Part shown: piece after piece, positions 1 to 9,589 of the stretch | Position numbering within the stretch: position 1 is the stretch's first letter | Layout of the letters: every line of letters starts with the position of its first letter | Source: a virus | Taxonomy: Duplodnaviria; Heunggongvirae; Uroviricota; Caudoviricetes | Virus record (IMG/VR): IMGVR_UViG_3300034196_000017 | Location: 13,422-77,421 of that record | Reading direction: 5' to 3' (one strand) | DNA length: 64,000 nucleotides | The notes under the pieces: model-generated | What the model was told of the DNA's origin: nothing | The model's input: the letters and a program-made list of their open reading frames with translations, nothing else | The model's database searches: none | Translations under genes and position numbers: made by a program

Positions 1-152
1 CCAAAGACATAATCATAACCCTCACACACTGTTTCACCATCAAAGAGGATGGAAACTCGTATTTCACCACTTGTCCAATCAGTTTCAGCCTTATGCTCAA
101 CTGAGATTGTAAGGTTCTCTTTAAGCAATTGAAGTAGTTCTTCTTTAGTCAT
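1..152 (-). CDS. hypothetical protein, partial (C-terminus beyond left edge)
   Basis: ATG at 152..150 directly after the stop of the upstream gene; open frame runs to the window edge. Confidence 0.3.
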   Translation of the reverse strand, partial: MTKEELLQLLKENLTISVEHKAETDWTSGEIRVSILFDGETVCEGYDYVF

Positions 153-450
153 TGGAACGGTCTCTCATCGCGTGTAGGAGGTTTACATGTACTTCCCATA
201 GGGCAGCACTCCTACCATAAATAAAGTCTGCCACATCATCACTCAGCTCGTGTATACCTACGTCGTGACGTGCGATCATCTCCATGTTGGAACGACGCTC
301 CATCTCCAACCATTTACGGAAGTCATCAATGTTGTCAATGCCTGAGTGACGGGCAAAAGCATCAAGTGGACCACGACAAAGCATACGCTCACTTACTGTG
401 ACAAGTCCAGCTTTATCTAGCTGTTCATCAATGCTCATTTTGCTATCCAT
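145..450 (-). CDS. hypothetical protein
   Basis: 101-aa ORF with ATG start, tightly packed in a minus-strand gene string. Confidence 0.4.
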   Translation of the reverse strand: MDSKMSIDEQLDKAGLVTVSERMLCRGPLDAFARHSGIDNIDDFRKWLEMERRSNMEMIARHDVGIHELSDDVADFIYGRSAALWEVHVNLLHAMRDRSND

Positions 451-570
451 TGGAACCCCATTACTTCAATGATAGATCCACACCGACGATACAGTGTGAA
501 CCCGAATAGTGTCAACTCTTCAACATAGCCAATTCTTTCGTACTCAAGCCAAAGGAATTGCCAGCGTTTT

Positions 571-786
571 TCACGATTCATTCGGAGATACCTTAACAAG
601 TCGATGGACAAACCAGTCATCATATGTTCCACCTAGATTTTCTTCGAATCCATGAGTTTCGATGACTTTGCCTGAAATATAGCCACCATCTCTTTCAGAG
701 GTTATTTCAATCTTACACCATCGATCTGCCCACTGACCAGTAGCATACCACATTGCTATGTCACCAGTTTTGATACTCATTACCAT
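571..786 (-). CDS. hypothetical protein
   Basis: 71-aa ORF in a co-oriented operon-like array. Confidence 0.35.
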   Translation of the reverse strand: MVMSIKTGDIAMWYATGQWADRWCKIEITSERDGGYISGKVIETHGFEENLGGTYDDWFVHRLVKVSPNES

Positions 787-986
787 GCCCCTTCTTTATT
801 TGCTTGTTCACGGATGAGGTCACCCAGTGATTTGTTTGTTGATACGGTGATATCACCATTCATCATCTGCCACCAGCCATCTTCCTCACGCTTAGCAAAG
901 GTGAACCCACCAGCTTCAAGGGTAGCCTTCGCTTCTGCTGCCAGTCTAAAAGCCATTTGGGTTATCCTCAAGGCTACGACAAACAA
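780..986 (-). CDS. hypothetical protein
   Basis: 68-aa ORF whose start overlaps the neighbouring stop. Confidence 0.35.
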   Translation of the reverse strand: MFVVALRITQMAFRLAAEAKATLEAGGFTFAKREEDGWWQMMNGDITVSTNKSLGDLIREQANKEGAW

Positions 987-1400
987 TCATTTCGATTCAT
1001 CTTTATCTACGAATTTGTAGACACTATAGTTGAGATATTTAATGCCGTCAATGGTTTCTACAGACTTCTGGGAACCAAGATACGGTGAGATTTTCCAACC
1101 ATCCTCTTGACACTCATCCATAATCCACTTCGATAGGATGTCTTTGTCATATGTATCAAACCCTCGATACATCACTCTTCGTCGTTCAGATACCTTAACC
1201 TTACCCACATTCTCCAAGCCAGTAACTTGAGCCTCAAAACCAGAGCTGTGGAGTCCTGTAATTGCCATTGCAAACTGTTCCGCAGTTAATGACAACCGCA
1301 AAAAACGAGTGCGTGAGTTGGTATCGGTCACTTCGATATTGAAAATGTTACGGTTGTCGCGTCCGATATACAGCTCGCATTCAATCACTTCAATAGACAT
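987..1400 (-). CDS. hypothetical protein
   Basis: 137-aa ORF, no recognisable motif. Confidence 0.45.
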   Translation of the reverse strand: MSIEVIECELYIGRDNRNIFNIEVTDTNSRTRFLRLSLTAEQFAMAITGLHSSGFEAQVTGLENVGKVKVSERRRVMYRGFDTYDKDILSKWIMDECQEDGWKISPYLGSQKSVETIDGIKYLNYSVYKFVDKDESK

Positions 1401-1568
1401 TCGTCAGTCTCCAATTTCTCTTTGATTTCGTTAATTGTCTCACGATACTCATGATCGGAAGATGTGTCAAGTGATCGGTAACCTACCCAAATGCAGAAAT
1501 GTTGATTCAGTGCTGTCATTCCTAAGCTCAACGCATACTTACAGTCAGCGATTGCCTCATCACGGTCT

Positions 1569-1811
1569 TCACTCATTCCACTCACCTTTCTTGTACTTCA
1601 TTGCGTTGTCGATTGCTTCACGCATTGTAGTACCTTTCCCGGCAAGACACAAGCCATTTGATACATCCCAGACGACGAAACTATCACGCTCAGGGTTGCA
1701 GCGAACTGTCAACTCCCCATCTGAAAGGACAAGAAACTCAAGACGTTGTGTGTCAGTGGTCTTTGGTGGGACAGCATCTGAATTTGTGTACCCATCTGTG
1801 AATTTAATCAT
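1569..1811 (-). CDS. HicB-like (UPF0150) domain protein
   Basis: 'FVVWDVSNGLCLAGKGTTMREAIDNAMK' matches the HicB/UPF0150 pattern (aromatic-x-V-P/S-x-L-x-GC-x-x-G-x-T-x-EEA-x-N). Confidence 0.35.
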   Translation of the reverse strand: MIKFTDGYTNSDAVPPKTTDTQRLEFLVLSDGELTVRCNPERDSFVVWDVSNGLCLAGKGTTMREAIDNAMKYKKGEWNE

Positions 1812-1834
1812 TTGGATAAAACCTTCATGTAGTA

Positions 1835-2227
1835 CTATAACCAGACTTTACTGAATTTGAGCTTTATCATATCCCAAATTGACCGATGTTCCAAGTCTTT
1901 TATTCGGCTTTCGTAAGAATTGATTAGCGACTCACGTGCCTTCTTGTAACCATATTGAAGCTCTCTCGTGTAGTCATCCAGCATTACTTGAATCACTTCC
2001 TCAAGCTCTCGGTCAAAGGCAACGAAACGATTCTCAATTGAATCATCCTTATGCCTGAAACAGAAACGTTTCACAGGTAAGTGATCCACCTTAATTTCAT
2101 CTTTAAGGAAGACATCAGGGCTATTCCAACTAAATACAATTGGATTAGTCCGTGATGTCACTGGAATGTAACCAGCATGAGCAGTAACGACTTTACGATT
2201 AGCTGTGTAAAGTGTAACTCTCTCCAT
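1835..2227 (-). CDS. hypothetical protein
   Basis: 130-aa ORF. Confidence 0.45.
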   Translation of the reverse strand: MERVTLYTANRKVVTAHAGYIPVTSRTNPIVFSWNSPDVFLKDEIKVDHLPVKRFCFRHKDDSIENRFVAFDRELEEVIQVMLDDYTRELQYGYKKARESLINSYESRIKDLEHRSIWDMIKLKFSKVWL

Positions 2228-2234
2228 AAATACC

Positions 2235-2699
2235 TCAGTCGCTTAGTTTAACAAGTGTGCAGATACCATCTACTTTATCAGCATATGCTTGCTTGATCAA
2301 GTTTGCCTTTTCATATTGAGAAGGCTGGCGAGCGTTCAACCACTGACCACCAAGGTGGAATACGATTCCGATAAGTGTGGCTACTACAAAACCCCAACCA
2401 ACGATACCAAACACTGCAAGGAAATGATATGTACTCTCCTTGTTAAAGATATCCAGACCAGCAAATGCTTCCATTGTTGACACAAACGGGAAAATCAGTG
2501 TACTTACCAAGACCGTCAACAAGAACGATGCAATGACAGTGAAGAAAGCAGTGAAGAACAATGCCATAGCCATAGACCAGACCAATGCTCGGATATATGT
2601 ACAGGTGGTGTGGCAGCCGTAATCGAATTTTTTCTTAGCGCTACGAGAACCAAAACGATTGATCAAACGATAGTGCCAAGATTTAGTAGAGATGTTCAT
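2235..2699 (-). CDS. multi-pass membrane protein
   Basis: 154 aa with several long hydrophobic stretches (FFTAFFTVIASFLLTVLVSTLIF, FLAVFGIVGWGFVVATLIGIVF). Confidence 0.5.
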   Translation of the reverse strand: MNISTKSWHYRLINRFGSRSAKKKFDYGCHTTCTYIRALVWSMAMALFFTAFFTVIASFLLTVLVSTLIFPFVSTMEAFAGLDIFNKESTYHFLAVFGIVGWGFVVATLIGIVFHLGGQWLNARQPSQYEKANLIKQAYADKVDGICTLVKLSD

Positions 2700-2762
2700 T
2701 TGTGTAACCCTTTTGAGTTTGTGTTTTGATGTTAAGAAGTATGAGGCTTTCAGCTGGACATG

Positions 2763-3116
2763 TCAAGAATGAATTTTCAGGTTTTCCATTACGTCAAACA
2801 TTTCATCGTCGTACACATCACCAAGTGGTGGAAGTGGTGGAAGTGGCATCAGGTGCTTTAACATGATAGAAGCATGGTTTGCAATAATTCTTTCATCCGT
2901 ATTTATACCTGAAATTATAGCAGACTTTTCAATACTCATCAAAATAATATCGTCACTGATCTTGTATTGCTCAGGTACTTCTTCAAAAGAGCCCATTAAA
3001 CATTCAACCACAACAATCTTACCGATTGCCCACGAGTTTGCTGGTTTATAACAACCAATAATCATTGCTGGTTGACCAACCTGAAGTTCATTGTTAAAAG
3101 GTTTCACTGATTCCAT
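2763..3116 (-). CDS. hypothetical protein with PLPPLPPL repeat
   Basis: 117-aa ORF; a 9-bp tandem repeat (gtggtggaa x2.3) encodes PLPPLPPLG. Confidence 0.4.
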   Translation of the reverse strand: MESVKPFNNELQVGQPAMIIGCYKPANSWAIGKIVVVECLMGSFEEVPEQYKISDDIILMSIEKSAIISGINTDERIIANHASIMLKHLMPLPPLPPLGDVYDDEMFDVMENLKIHS

Positions 3117-3298
3117 CCTTCAAAATAGATTGTTTTTTCTTCACAAACAGGACAAAGACCAGAGTGGGTATCCCCGTCACGTTGGTCACTTCGGTGGTCA
3201 AGCTCATTATGAGTTGCCTCAACAATAGAATCACAAAAACCACATCTCCCACGGTAAAGCTTCTCACTTGGAAGCACACCTCGTTTTATAACTTTCAC
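3104..3298 (-). CDS. zinc-ribbon protein
   Basis: CGFCDS...CPVCEE: two CxxC pairs within 64 aa. Confidence 0.4.
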   Translation of the reverse strand: MKVIKRGVLPSEKLYRGRCGFCDSIVEATHNELDHRSDQRDGDTHSGLCPVCEEKTIYFEGWNQ

Positions 3299-3486
3299 TG
3301 AATCACCTCAAGCTCATTAGCAAAGAAAAATACTATGTCTTCTACATCACCATCCATCGCAACACCAAAATCCCAAGCGTACCGTGGGTTTTCATTTGGT
3401 TCGGTTTCGATGATTGTGATGACACCGGTTTCACCTTCATGAGCGTGATCACCTTCAAGGATTTTTACACAATCACCTACTTTCAT
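3295..3486 (-). CDS. hypothetical protein
   Basis: 63-aa ORF with overlapping start/stop. Confidence 0.35.
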   Translation of the reverse strand: MKVGDCVKILEGDHAHEGETGVITIIETEPNENPRYAWDFGVAMDGDVEDIVFFFANELEVIQ

Positions 3487-3794
3487 TCTTCTTCCTCCAT
3501 TTCAAGAAGCTCTTCATTAAGCTCCTGATCATACAGGTCGTCGAGATGTTTGTCACGTTTATCTTCAACAACCGACGAACGGTTGAATGTGTTCATGTGT
3601 TTAGCTACATAGTTACGGTTCATTCTTCAATCCTAATGTTGTGACGGCCATACACCAACCTCTCCACAGTGAATCGACCCATTCTAGCTCATATGAACCA
3701 TCATTATTGCGGTCGAGAAACTGCCTGTAATAAATGTGTTCATCTTCGAATGTTTTACGTCCACTCTCGATAGTTACCTGTTTGTCTTCGAAGG

Positions 3795-4019
3795 TCATCG
3801 CTTCACTACCTCCACAACGTAGTAGTTAGGGTGATGCTCCCAAGAACCACTACCATCCTTCCGCTTTACATCTCGCAGACGATCAAGGCTAGCACCTTCA
3901 CCCATACTGCACGCCTTATTCCAAGCATCTCGTAGGAATGGCACGTGTATGTAACTATCTCCCGGTTTGTAGTTAGGGGGATATACAATCCAACTGATCT
4001 TAATTTGTGCTTTCTTCAT
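3795..4019 (-). CDS. hypothetical protein
   Basis: 74-aa ORF. Confidence 0.35.
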   Translation of the reverse strand: MKKAQIKISWIVYPPNYKPGDSYIHVPFLRDAWNKACSMGEGASLDRLRDVKRKDGSGSWEHHPNYYVVEVVKR

Positions 4020-4354
4020 TTCACATCATCCGATTGTACTTCTGCCCATTTGATATCACGAATGTGGTTTTCCCACATTGCAATGTATTGATGACGCATA
4101 GCTTGAAGATCGTCGATCATTTTGTCAAGCTTCATGACACGTTTTTCAAATGATTTCTGACCAGTTGCGTCAAAATCAAGATATACATGTTGAGAGCAGT
4201 CGGCTACACGAACACTTGCAGACATGTGACCACCTTGTTGGATCACCCACTGGTTACCTTTTACATCACTAGCTCGTTGTGTCTCGATCTTGCAGATAAT
4301 GCTTCCACTTTCTTCGGGCGATGGTGACAGAAAATTCTTAGTAGTGTATCGCAT
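4016..4354 (-). CDS. hypothetical protein
   Basis: 112-aa ORF. Confidence 0.4.
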   Translation of the reverse strand: MRYTTKNFLSPSPEESGSIICKIETQRASDVKGNQWVIQQGGHMSASVRVADCSQHVYLDFDATGQKSFEKRVMKLDKMIDDLQAMRHQYIAMWENHIRDIKWAEVQSDDVK

Positions 4355-4535
4355 TAAATATCCCTCAAAGCCAATGTGAGTTGTACTTCTAGTAAAAGAG
4401 CAACATTCCTACGAAGCTCAGTTTCAAGTCGCTCTATTTCGTCAGCAGCCTTTGTTACAGCCTCACCGTCAAGATGATCCCATGAGTGACCATTTCGGTA
4501 GTTATGTTCCATGGCGCGCAAGATAGATTTCTGAC

Positions 4536-4751
4536 TCATAAGCCCAGCTCCATTTTTGTACAGAAGTCAATCGATTGTTGAGCTTCGTCAGCCATTTTGA
4601 TGAATTCACCAGCAAGCTGACGATCCCGTGCATTGTGATAGCATTGAAATCCAGCAGGCGGAAGCCCAGCAGCACGCAATGATCGCTCAAGCTTAGCCAG
4701 TGTACGCTTCATGTCAGCAATTACAACATCTTTCGGATCGAGACCAATCAT
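4536..4751 (-). CDS. hypothetical protein
   Basis: 71-aa ORF. Confidence 0.35.
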   Translation of the reverse strand: MIGLDPKDVVIADMKRTLAKLERSLRAAGLPPAGFQCYHNARDRQLAGEFIKMADEAQQSIDFCTKMELGL

Positions 4752-5014
4752 TCTTCCATCCCCAGAGCTTCACGTAGCTTACGTTGGTTGAGTTCACGAC
4801 CTTGTGCCACACCTAGCTTGTATACATGGTTGAGAGCACTGTATAGGATCGAGTTTACATCAGGTGCGACAGCTGAGAAGTCGAAATCTTTCCACTCATA
4901 CTTGATGGTCTCAAACGAGACATCACAGTCACGATGGTTGATTGTAAAACCAAGATCTTCCAGCAGTTCACACTTCTTGTTCAGGTCGTCGATGTTCTGG
5001 TTACGTCGCAGCAT
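4748..5014 (-). CDS. hypothetical protein (start refined to ATG 5014)
   Basis: The ORF-track start at 5140 lies inside a terminator hairpin; an internal ATG at 5014 is preceded by SD AGGAGA and a promoter. Confidence 0.4.
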   Translation of the reverse strand: MLRRNQNIDDLNKKCELLEDLGFTINHRDCDVSFETIKYEWKDFDFSAVAPDVNSILYSALNHVYKLGVAQGRELNQRKLREALGMEE

Positions 5015-5042
5015 TTGGGTATCTCCTGTAGATATGGAGTCA

Positions 5043-5070
5043 ATTCTACAGGATGATTTCTGGCTGTCAA
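5043..5070 (-). promoter_or_regulatory. sigma70-type promoter (TTGACA-16-TAGAAT) with upstream A-tract
   Basis: Minus strand: AAAATAAAGC-TTGACA-gccagaaatcatcctg-TAGAAT; SD and ATG follow. Confidence 0.55.
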
Positions 5071-5080
5071 GCTTTATTTT

Positions 5081-5111
5081 AGACAAAGAAAAGCCCCTCA
5101 CTTGGAGGGGC
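5081..5111 (-). terminator. rho-independent terminator after tail-fibre gene
   Basis: Minus strand: GCCCCTCCAAGTGAGGGGC hairpin followed by TTTTCTTTG. Confidence 0.65.
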
Positions 5112-5121
5112 CGAAGGTGTA

Positions 5122-7041
5122 TCAGTAAAGCTCGTACCAACGCTCAGTCAGTTCGTTCGTTGAACCACCTACAGATGCCAATTGGTACTGCCATCCAGCA
5201 GGCACGGTGATTGTATTTGCATCCGCATATGTAAGACCTCCAGTTCCGACGTTAGTAAGAACTGTAGAATTAAATATGAAAGATGTTGCACTAGCGTTCT
5301 CCCTAATCTGAAGACTAACAAAACGGTTCGCGGGTGCACCTGCAAGTGAAGCCCTAACATGCACTTCTCGTTCGTTTGGTGATGTGTTGTTATACCAAGT
5401 ACCTACGTTTCTTACCGACTTAACGTCTCTCCAAATACGTTTGGATTGAGGTAAGAATGTTGGAAGGTTGTTAATCGGTACACGACTATCTGAGTCAAGT
5501 GGGGCCACACCACTTGCCGCACCTTTGTTATACTGTGTAGGATTAATCTTACCATTAGCATCAAGGCCAGCAACACCATTAGTTTGGTTAACCGGGAGGT
5601 TAGCTACAGGTACACGCCCACTTACTAATGGTGCAAGTCCATTAGTTGCACCTTTCTGAGTGAGAGGTATGAATGTGTTATCAGCATATAACTTCGCTGA
5701 GGCTATCGCAGCGGTTGCTTTGGATTGTGAACCTGTTGTGGTTTCTCTTGATGACCAGTCAGTCTTTTGATCAGCTGTTACAAACTGTTTGTCAACTAGT
5801 TCGCTAATCTGACCAGCATGATAGTCATTTGTCTGAGGTGCCACTTGCCCAGTACGACCATTAAACGCTGTAACACCCTGTACATTAGCATCACCGAGTT
5901 TAGACCAATTGGAGTCTATTGCAGGGTTCTCATTAGCATTCAACGCCCAAGCTTCAGCTGTGTCGCTCTGGTATGCGATGGTAAGATCAGCATATGATTT
6001 CAAAGCAAGACGTGCAGCTCTGTTAGCAACGTTAACTTTACGACCAGCCGTAATATCGGGGAGTTGTGATAGTGGAACTTTACCACTAACAAGGTCGGCT
6101 TTGTCCAAAAGCTTACTGTCGATAACACCTAGACGTGCATCTTGCTCAGTGTTACGAGTGGTTGCTTGAGATGTTTGACTATCCAGTCGATTGATGGATG
6201 TTTCAATATCTGAAACCTTTTTAACTAGACCAAATGCTGGACCATTTACTACATCATCTAGATAATTGACAGATGCTTGAATTGCTGTCAAATCTACATC
6301 ATCCGAATATGCAATCTGTTTACGTGCAGAAGTCTCAATATTCTCAATGAATAACTTGTTGTCGTCGATCACTAACTTGTTATCAGCACTTGTAGTCTTG
6401 TCTGTCAGTGGAATGAGTTCGAAGTTATAGTCAGCAAAAGCTGGGTCAACAACACCCGTTCTACCTTTAAAACTTAAAACAGTTGTTTCGATTGACGGAC
6501 CTTCAAACCAGTTTTCGAGTACTGCTGGTGAATCACCTGCATTTAAGTAGTAAAGACGCTTAGTGTCCAACCTAATAATACGATATGGTCTTAGCATCTC
6601 AGTAGCTTGTGCAAGCATCTCAGCTTCTGTAGCAAGTACCTTAGTAACCTCGCTTGCTGAACTTGCAGATAAACGCCCTTGACCATCTACAGTTAGACCA
6701 GTGCCCACTTTGAAACCACCAAGAGTGCTAGGACCGCCTGCAAGTACGCTCACGACACCATCTACTGCACTAATACCTTCACCAGCCGAAACAAGTCTAT
6801 CCGTGTTAAAGAAAGTCGCAAGTCCTTCAAATGTGGTACTGATTTGTGTACCGTCAAGGTATACGAAATTTGAAAGAGGCTCACTAAGTAGCTCTACAAG
6901 ATTGTCAATGCGACGGCTAACTCTTACGTTACCATCACTAAGCTCCGTGATTAAATGTGTCTGTTTTCGGTAAGTGAAAAACACACTACTGTTGATACTT
7001 ACATCCACACCTGTACTGTACGCGATACATTTAAACTTCAT
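5122..7041 (-). CDS. tail fibre protein
   Basis: About 640 aa with a Gly/Ser/Thr/Asn-rich beta-repeat composition typical of phage fibres; probable start MKFKCIAY at 7041. Confidence 0.55.
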   Translation of the reverse strand: MKFKCIAYSTGVDVSINSSVFFTYRKQTHLITELSDGNVRVSRRIDNLVELLSEPLSNFVYLDGTQISTTFEGLATFFNTDRLVSAGEGISAVDGVVSVLAGGPSTLGGFKVGTGLTVDGQGRLSASSASEVTKVLATEAEMLAQATEMLRPYRIIRLDTKRLYYLNAGDSPAVLENWFEGPSIETTVLSFKGRTGVVDPAFADYNFELIPLTDKTTSADNKLVIDDNKLFIENIETSARKQIAYSDDVDLTAIQASVNYLDDVVNGPAFGLVKKVSDIETSINRLDSQTSQATTRNTEQDARLGVIDSKLLDKADLVSGKVPLSQLPDITAGRKVNVANRAARLALKSYADLTIAYQSDTAEAWALNANENPAIDSNWSKLGDANVQGVTAFNGRTGQVAPQTNDYHAGQISELVDKQFVTADQKTDWSSRETTTGSQSKATAAIASAKLYADNTFIPLTQKGATNGLAPLVSGRVPVANLPVNQTNGVAGLDANGKINPTQYNKGAASGVAPLDSDSRVPINNLPTFLPQSKRIWRDVKSVRNVGTWYNNTSPNEREVHVRASLAGAPANRFVSLQIRENASATSFIFNSTVLTNVGTGGLTYADANTITVPAGWQYQLASVGGSTNELTERWYELY

Positions 7042-7043
7042 AA

Positions 7044-7769
7044 TTACCTCCTTGTTACTGAAATGTAGCAACCTGTATATTCAATGATTGCATCGTTACT
7101 TACATATACCTGAGGCATCATCCCACTCAGACGGGTATCTTCATTATCAATATAGAAATGAGTGTCTAGCAAAAAGTCCTGAGTTGGTACACCCCCACCT
7201 TCATTAAGTACGACTCGTGATCCAGCTGGTAGATTTACACGCTGAGCCTCAGACCCAAAACTGTGTCGAAATTGAAACTGAAGACCATTCGTTTTAGGGA
7301 TCATGTTGATTACATGACGCATATAAACCTCGTCTCCATCAGATAGTTCATCTAGAAGCACCCTACCAGTACTAACATCAAGCATACGAGTCACACCCAT
7401 TGGTGGCATACTACCTGTAGTCGGGCCAGCACCATCATTTTCAATTGTGGTCCATTGACCACCTGTAAGTTCTTGTGGTCGATCAAGATTAGAATAAGCA
7501 AACCATCCGAAGTTATCTGTTCTGAATCTTACGTTTTCAGGTGAATATGTAGCTCCACCGTCAGCACTCCAACGCCAGTAACGATCACCCGGTTTAATTA
7601 TATCCGTCCAGTCTGTGACACCGTTGCTGGAATATTGGTATTTTAAAGAAACTCCTACTGGTGCCTCTGGTTGAAAAAGATGATCAAAGTAACCGGCTTC
7701 AACTGATCCAAGAACCCCAACGGTTCTAAGTGCTGTTAGTAATGAATCCTTTGTGACATTTTTAGACAT
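7044..7769 (-). CDS. tail fibre-associated protein (proximal fibre or adaptor)
   Basis: 241 aa immediately upstream of the fibre gene in the same operon; own promoter upstream. Confidence 0.4.
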   Translation of the reverse strand: MSKNVTKDSLLTALRTVGVLGSVEAGYFDHLFQPEAPVGVSLKYQYSSNGVTDWTDIIKPGDRYWRWSADGGATYSPENVRFRTDNFGWFAYSNLDRPQELTGGQWTTIENDGAGPTTGSMPPMGVTRMLDVSTGRVLLDELSDGDEVYMRHVINMIPKTNGLQFQFRHSFGSEAQRVNLPAGSRVVLNEGGGVPTQDFLLDTHFYIDNEDTRLSGMMPQVYVSNDAIIEYTGCYISVTRR

Positions 7770-7805
7770 ATCTCATTTCCTTAATTATAGAGTATGGTGT
7801 TTATG

Positions 7806-7834
7806 ATTATACAGTTGATTGCGTTAATTGTAAA
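7806..7834 (-). promoter_or_regulatory. sigma70-type promoter (TTTACA-17-TATAAT)
   Basis: Minus strand: TTTACA-attaacgcaatcaactg-TATAAT, then AGGAAA SD and ATG at 7769. Confidence 0.5.
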
Positions 7835-7850
7835 TACCAATAAATTAAAC

Positions 7851-7880
7851 ACAAAGAAAAGCCCAGCAACTAGGCTGGGC
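7851..7880 (-). terminator. rho-independent terminator after nrdA
   Basis: Minus strand: GCCCAGCCTAGTTGCTGGGC hairpin followed by TTTTCTTTGTGTTT. Confidence 0.65.
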
Positions 7881-7897
7881 AATCTTATTTCAAAATG

Positions 7898-9589
7898 TTA
7901 CATACATGCTACACACTCACCATTCGATCCTTGAACACCAGCCATGCCGTATGTGTAATAAACACCATGCATGTTCTCATCTTCAACGATTGTCCACATT
8001 ACGTCACTAATATATTCTTCTGTCTCATCCGAAGACAAGAACAAGTTGAATGACTGCCACTGACATAGGAATGGTCCACGTTGTGATGCTTGACGAATCT
8101 GAGCATACGGGTTGATTTCAAACCCTGTCTTGAATACACGCTTCGCCTCATCAGTTAACCATTCAACACCCTGACAACCACCCATCGCCTCACGCACCTC
8201 ACGGATGCGAGCTTTGGTGTACAGGTTGTTAGCCTTCAAGTAAGCAAGGAACTGAGGGTTGATTCGATCAACTTCACCAGCGCTTGTACGTTGAGTCTTA
8301 ACCAAACCGTCTTCAGTGTTAATCCCTTCAGTCACACCACCCATGATCAGTGCAGTGGACTTAGTTGGTGCAAGGCTTGTACGGTGTGTATTAGCAACGC
8401 CATACCCTTTACACCACTCCGGTTCACCATAGACACTTGCAAGCCACTGGCTCGCTCTCAGGCTCTCACCTTCGATGTGTCTGAAGATTTCCACGTTCAA
8501 GAACGTAGCTTCCAGAGACTCATACTCAATGAACTGATCCATATACAACGAATGTAGACCACAAAGACCTAGACCAAGTGCACGTGACTTCTTAGTGAAT
8601 CTCACAGCCTTCTCAAGACCGGGAATGTTCTTGGCACGCTCAATAAACTCTTGAGCAACACAATCAAGGAATACAGTAGCCACAAAAACAGCATCTGTAT
8701 CTTTCCAATCATGATAAAATAGACCATTCATAGACGCAAGTACACAAGTGTAGGTGTGTTCCTCATCATTGAACAAGCTAATCTCATTACATAACTGAGC
8801 AGCACGTACCTCAAGTCCCAAATCTTTATACATCTGAGGGCGGGCTCGGTTCACCTTGTCAGGAAAGTATTTATAACCCTTTCCTGTCTGCATCCGAGTC
8901 TTCTGAATCTTGCAATAGCGCAAGTCAGTCTCAAAGCAACCATCATAAATTGCTTGAGTATTACGGTCATACCAGTTCCAACCAATGTTTACCCCGTCAT
9001 CGTGTGCAGCAAGGTAATCAACAACCTCATGGAAGTCACCATGGTCAACTGGTAAGTAAGCAGCAAAAGCCCCTCGACGTGTGGTCCCTTGCGCGACATA
9101 CGTCATATCACCTTCAAGACCTTCAATGACAGGTAGCACTCCCATACTCTTACCACCGATACTAATGGCAGCACCACGTGGTCGGATGTCACCCATGTAG
9201 CCAGCTGTACCAAAGCCATGTTTGGTAAGTAGGGCTACCTCACGTTTGGCCTTGTAGATACCATCAATCGAGTCTGGGAAGTAAACACCAGCACAGGATA
9301 CTGGAAGTCCACGGTTTGTACCGGTATTCGACAGGATTGGAGTGGATGGACTCAGCCACCCTTTCCACATGATATCGAAGAACTTCTCAGCCCACAAGCT
9401 TGGGTCTGGTGTGTGTGTCGCCAGAGTCTTTGCAATTCGTTGGTACTGCTCACGCGGGTTGGCTGCTTGGTACAAATACTTCTCTTTAAATAACTGCCAA
9501 CTAGCGGTAGACCAATGGTTTGGCATTGTTCCGGCTTCTTGCATCCGTTTACGTTCTTTACTCAGTGCATCATATGTAATTGCTGTCAT
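7898..9589 (-). CDS. nrdA: ribonucleoside-diphosphate reductase large subunit (class I)
   Basis: LSNTGT...PVSCAGVYFPDSIDG (thiol/loop region), LCNEISL (catalytic NxCxE) and a C-terminal CxxC; start overlaps the nrdB stop. Confidence 0.85.
   Translation of the reverse strand: MTAITYDALSKERKRMQEAGTMPNHWSTASWQLFKEKYLYQAANPREQYQRIAKTLATHTPDPSLWAEKFFDIMWKGWLSPSTPILSNTGTNRGLPVSCAGVYFPDSIDGIYKAKREVALLTKHGFGTAGYMGDIRPRGAAISIGGKSMGVLPVIEGLEGDMTYVAQGTTRRGAFAAYLPVDHGDFHEVVDYLAAHDDGVNIGWNWYDRNTQAIYDGCFETDLRYCKIQKTRMQTGKGYKYFPDKVNRARPQMYKDLGLEVRAAQLCNEISLFNDEEHTYTCVLASMNGLFYHDWKDTDAVFVATVFLDCVAQEFIERAKNIPGLEKAVRFTKKSRALGLGLCGLHSLYMDQFIEYESLEATFLNVEIFRHIEGESLRASQWLASVYGEPEWCKGYGVANTHRTSLAPTKSTALIMGGVTEGINTEDGLVKTQRTSAGEVDRINPQFLAYLKANNLYTKARIREVREAMGGCQGVEWLTDEAKRVFKTGFEINPYAQIRQASQRGPFLCQWQSFNLFLSSDETEEYISDVMWTIVEDENMHGVYYTYGMAGVQGSNGECVACM

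Noticed and set aside
2751-2775. Promoter TTGACA upstream of the membrane-protein gene 2235..2699
   Set aside because: The -35 is perfect but no acceptable -10 hexamer lies at 16-18 nt (CATACT). It is left unannotated.
2826-2852. CRISPR or other repeat array
   Set aside because: This is only a 9-bp tandem duplication (gtggtggaa x2.3) inside a coding region, encoding PLPPLPPL. There are no spacer-repeat periodicity and no cas genes anywhere in the window.
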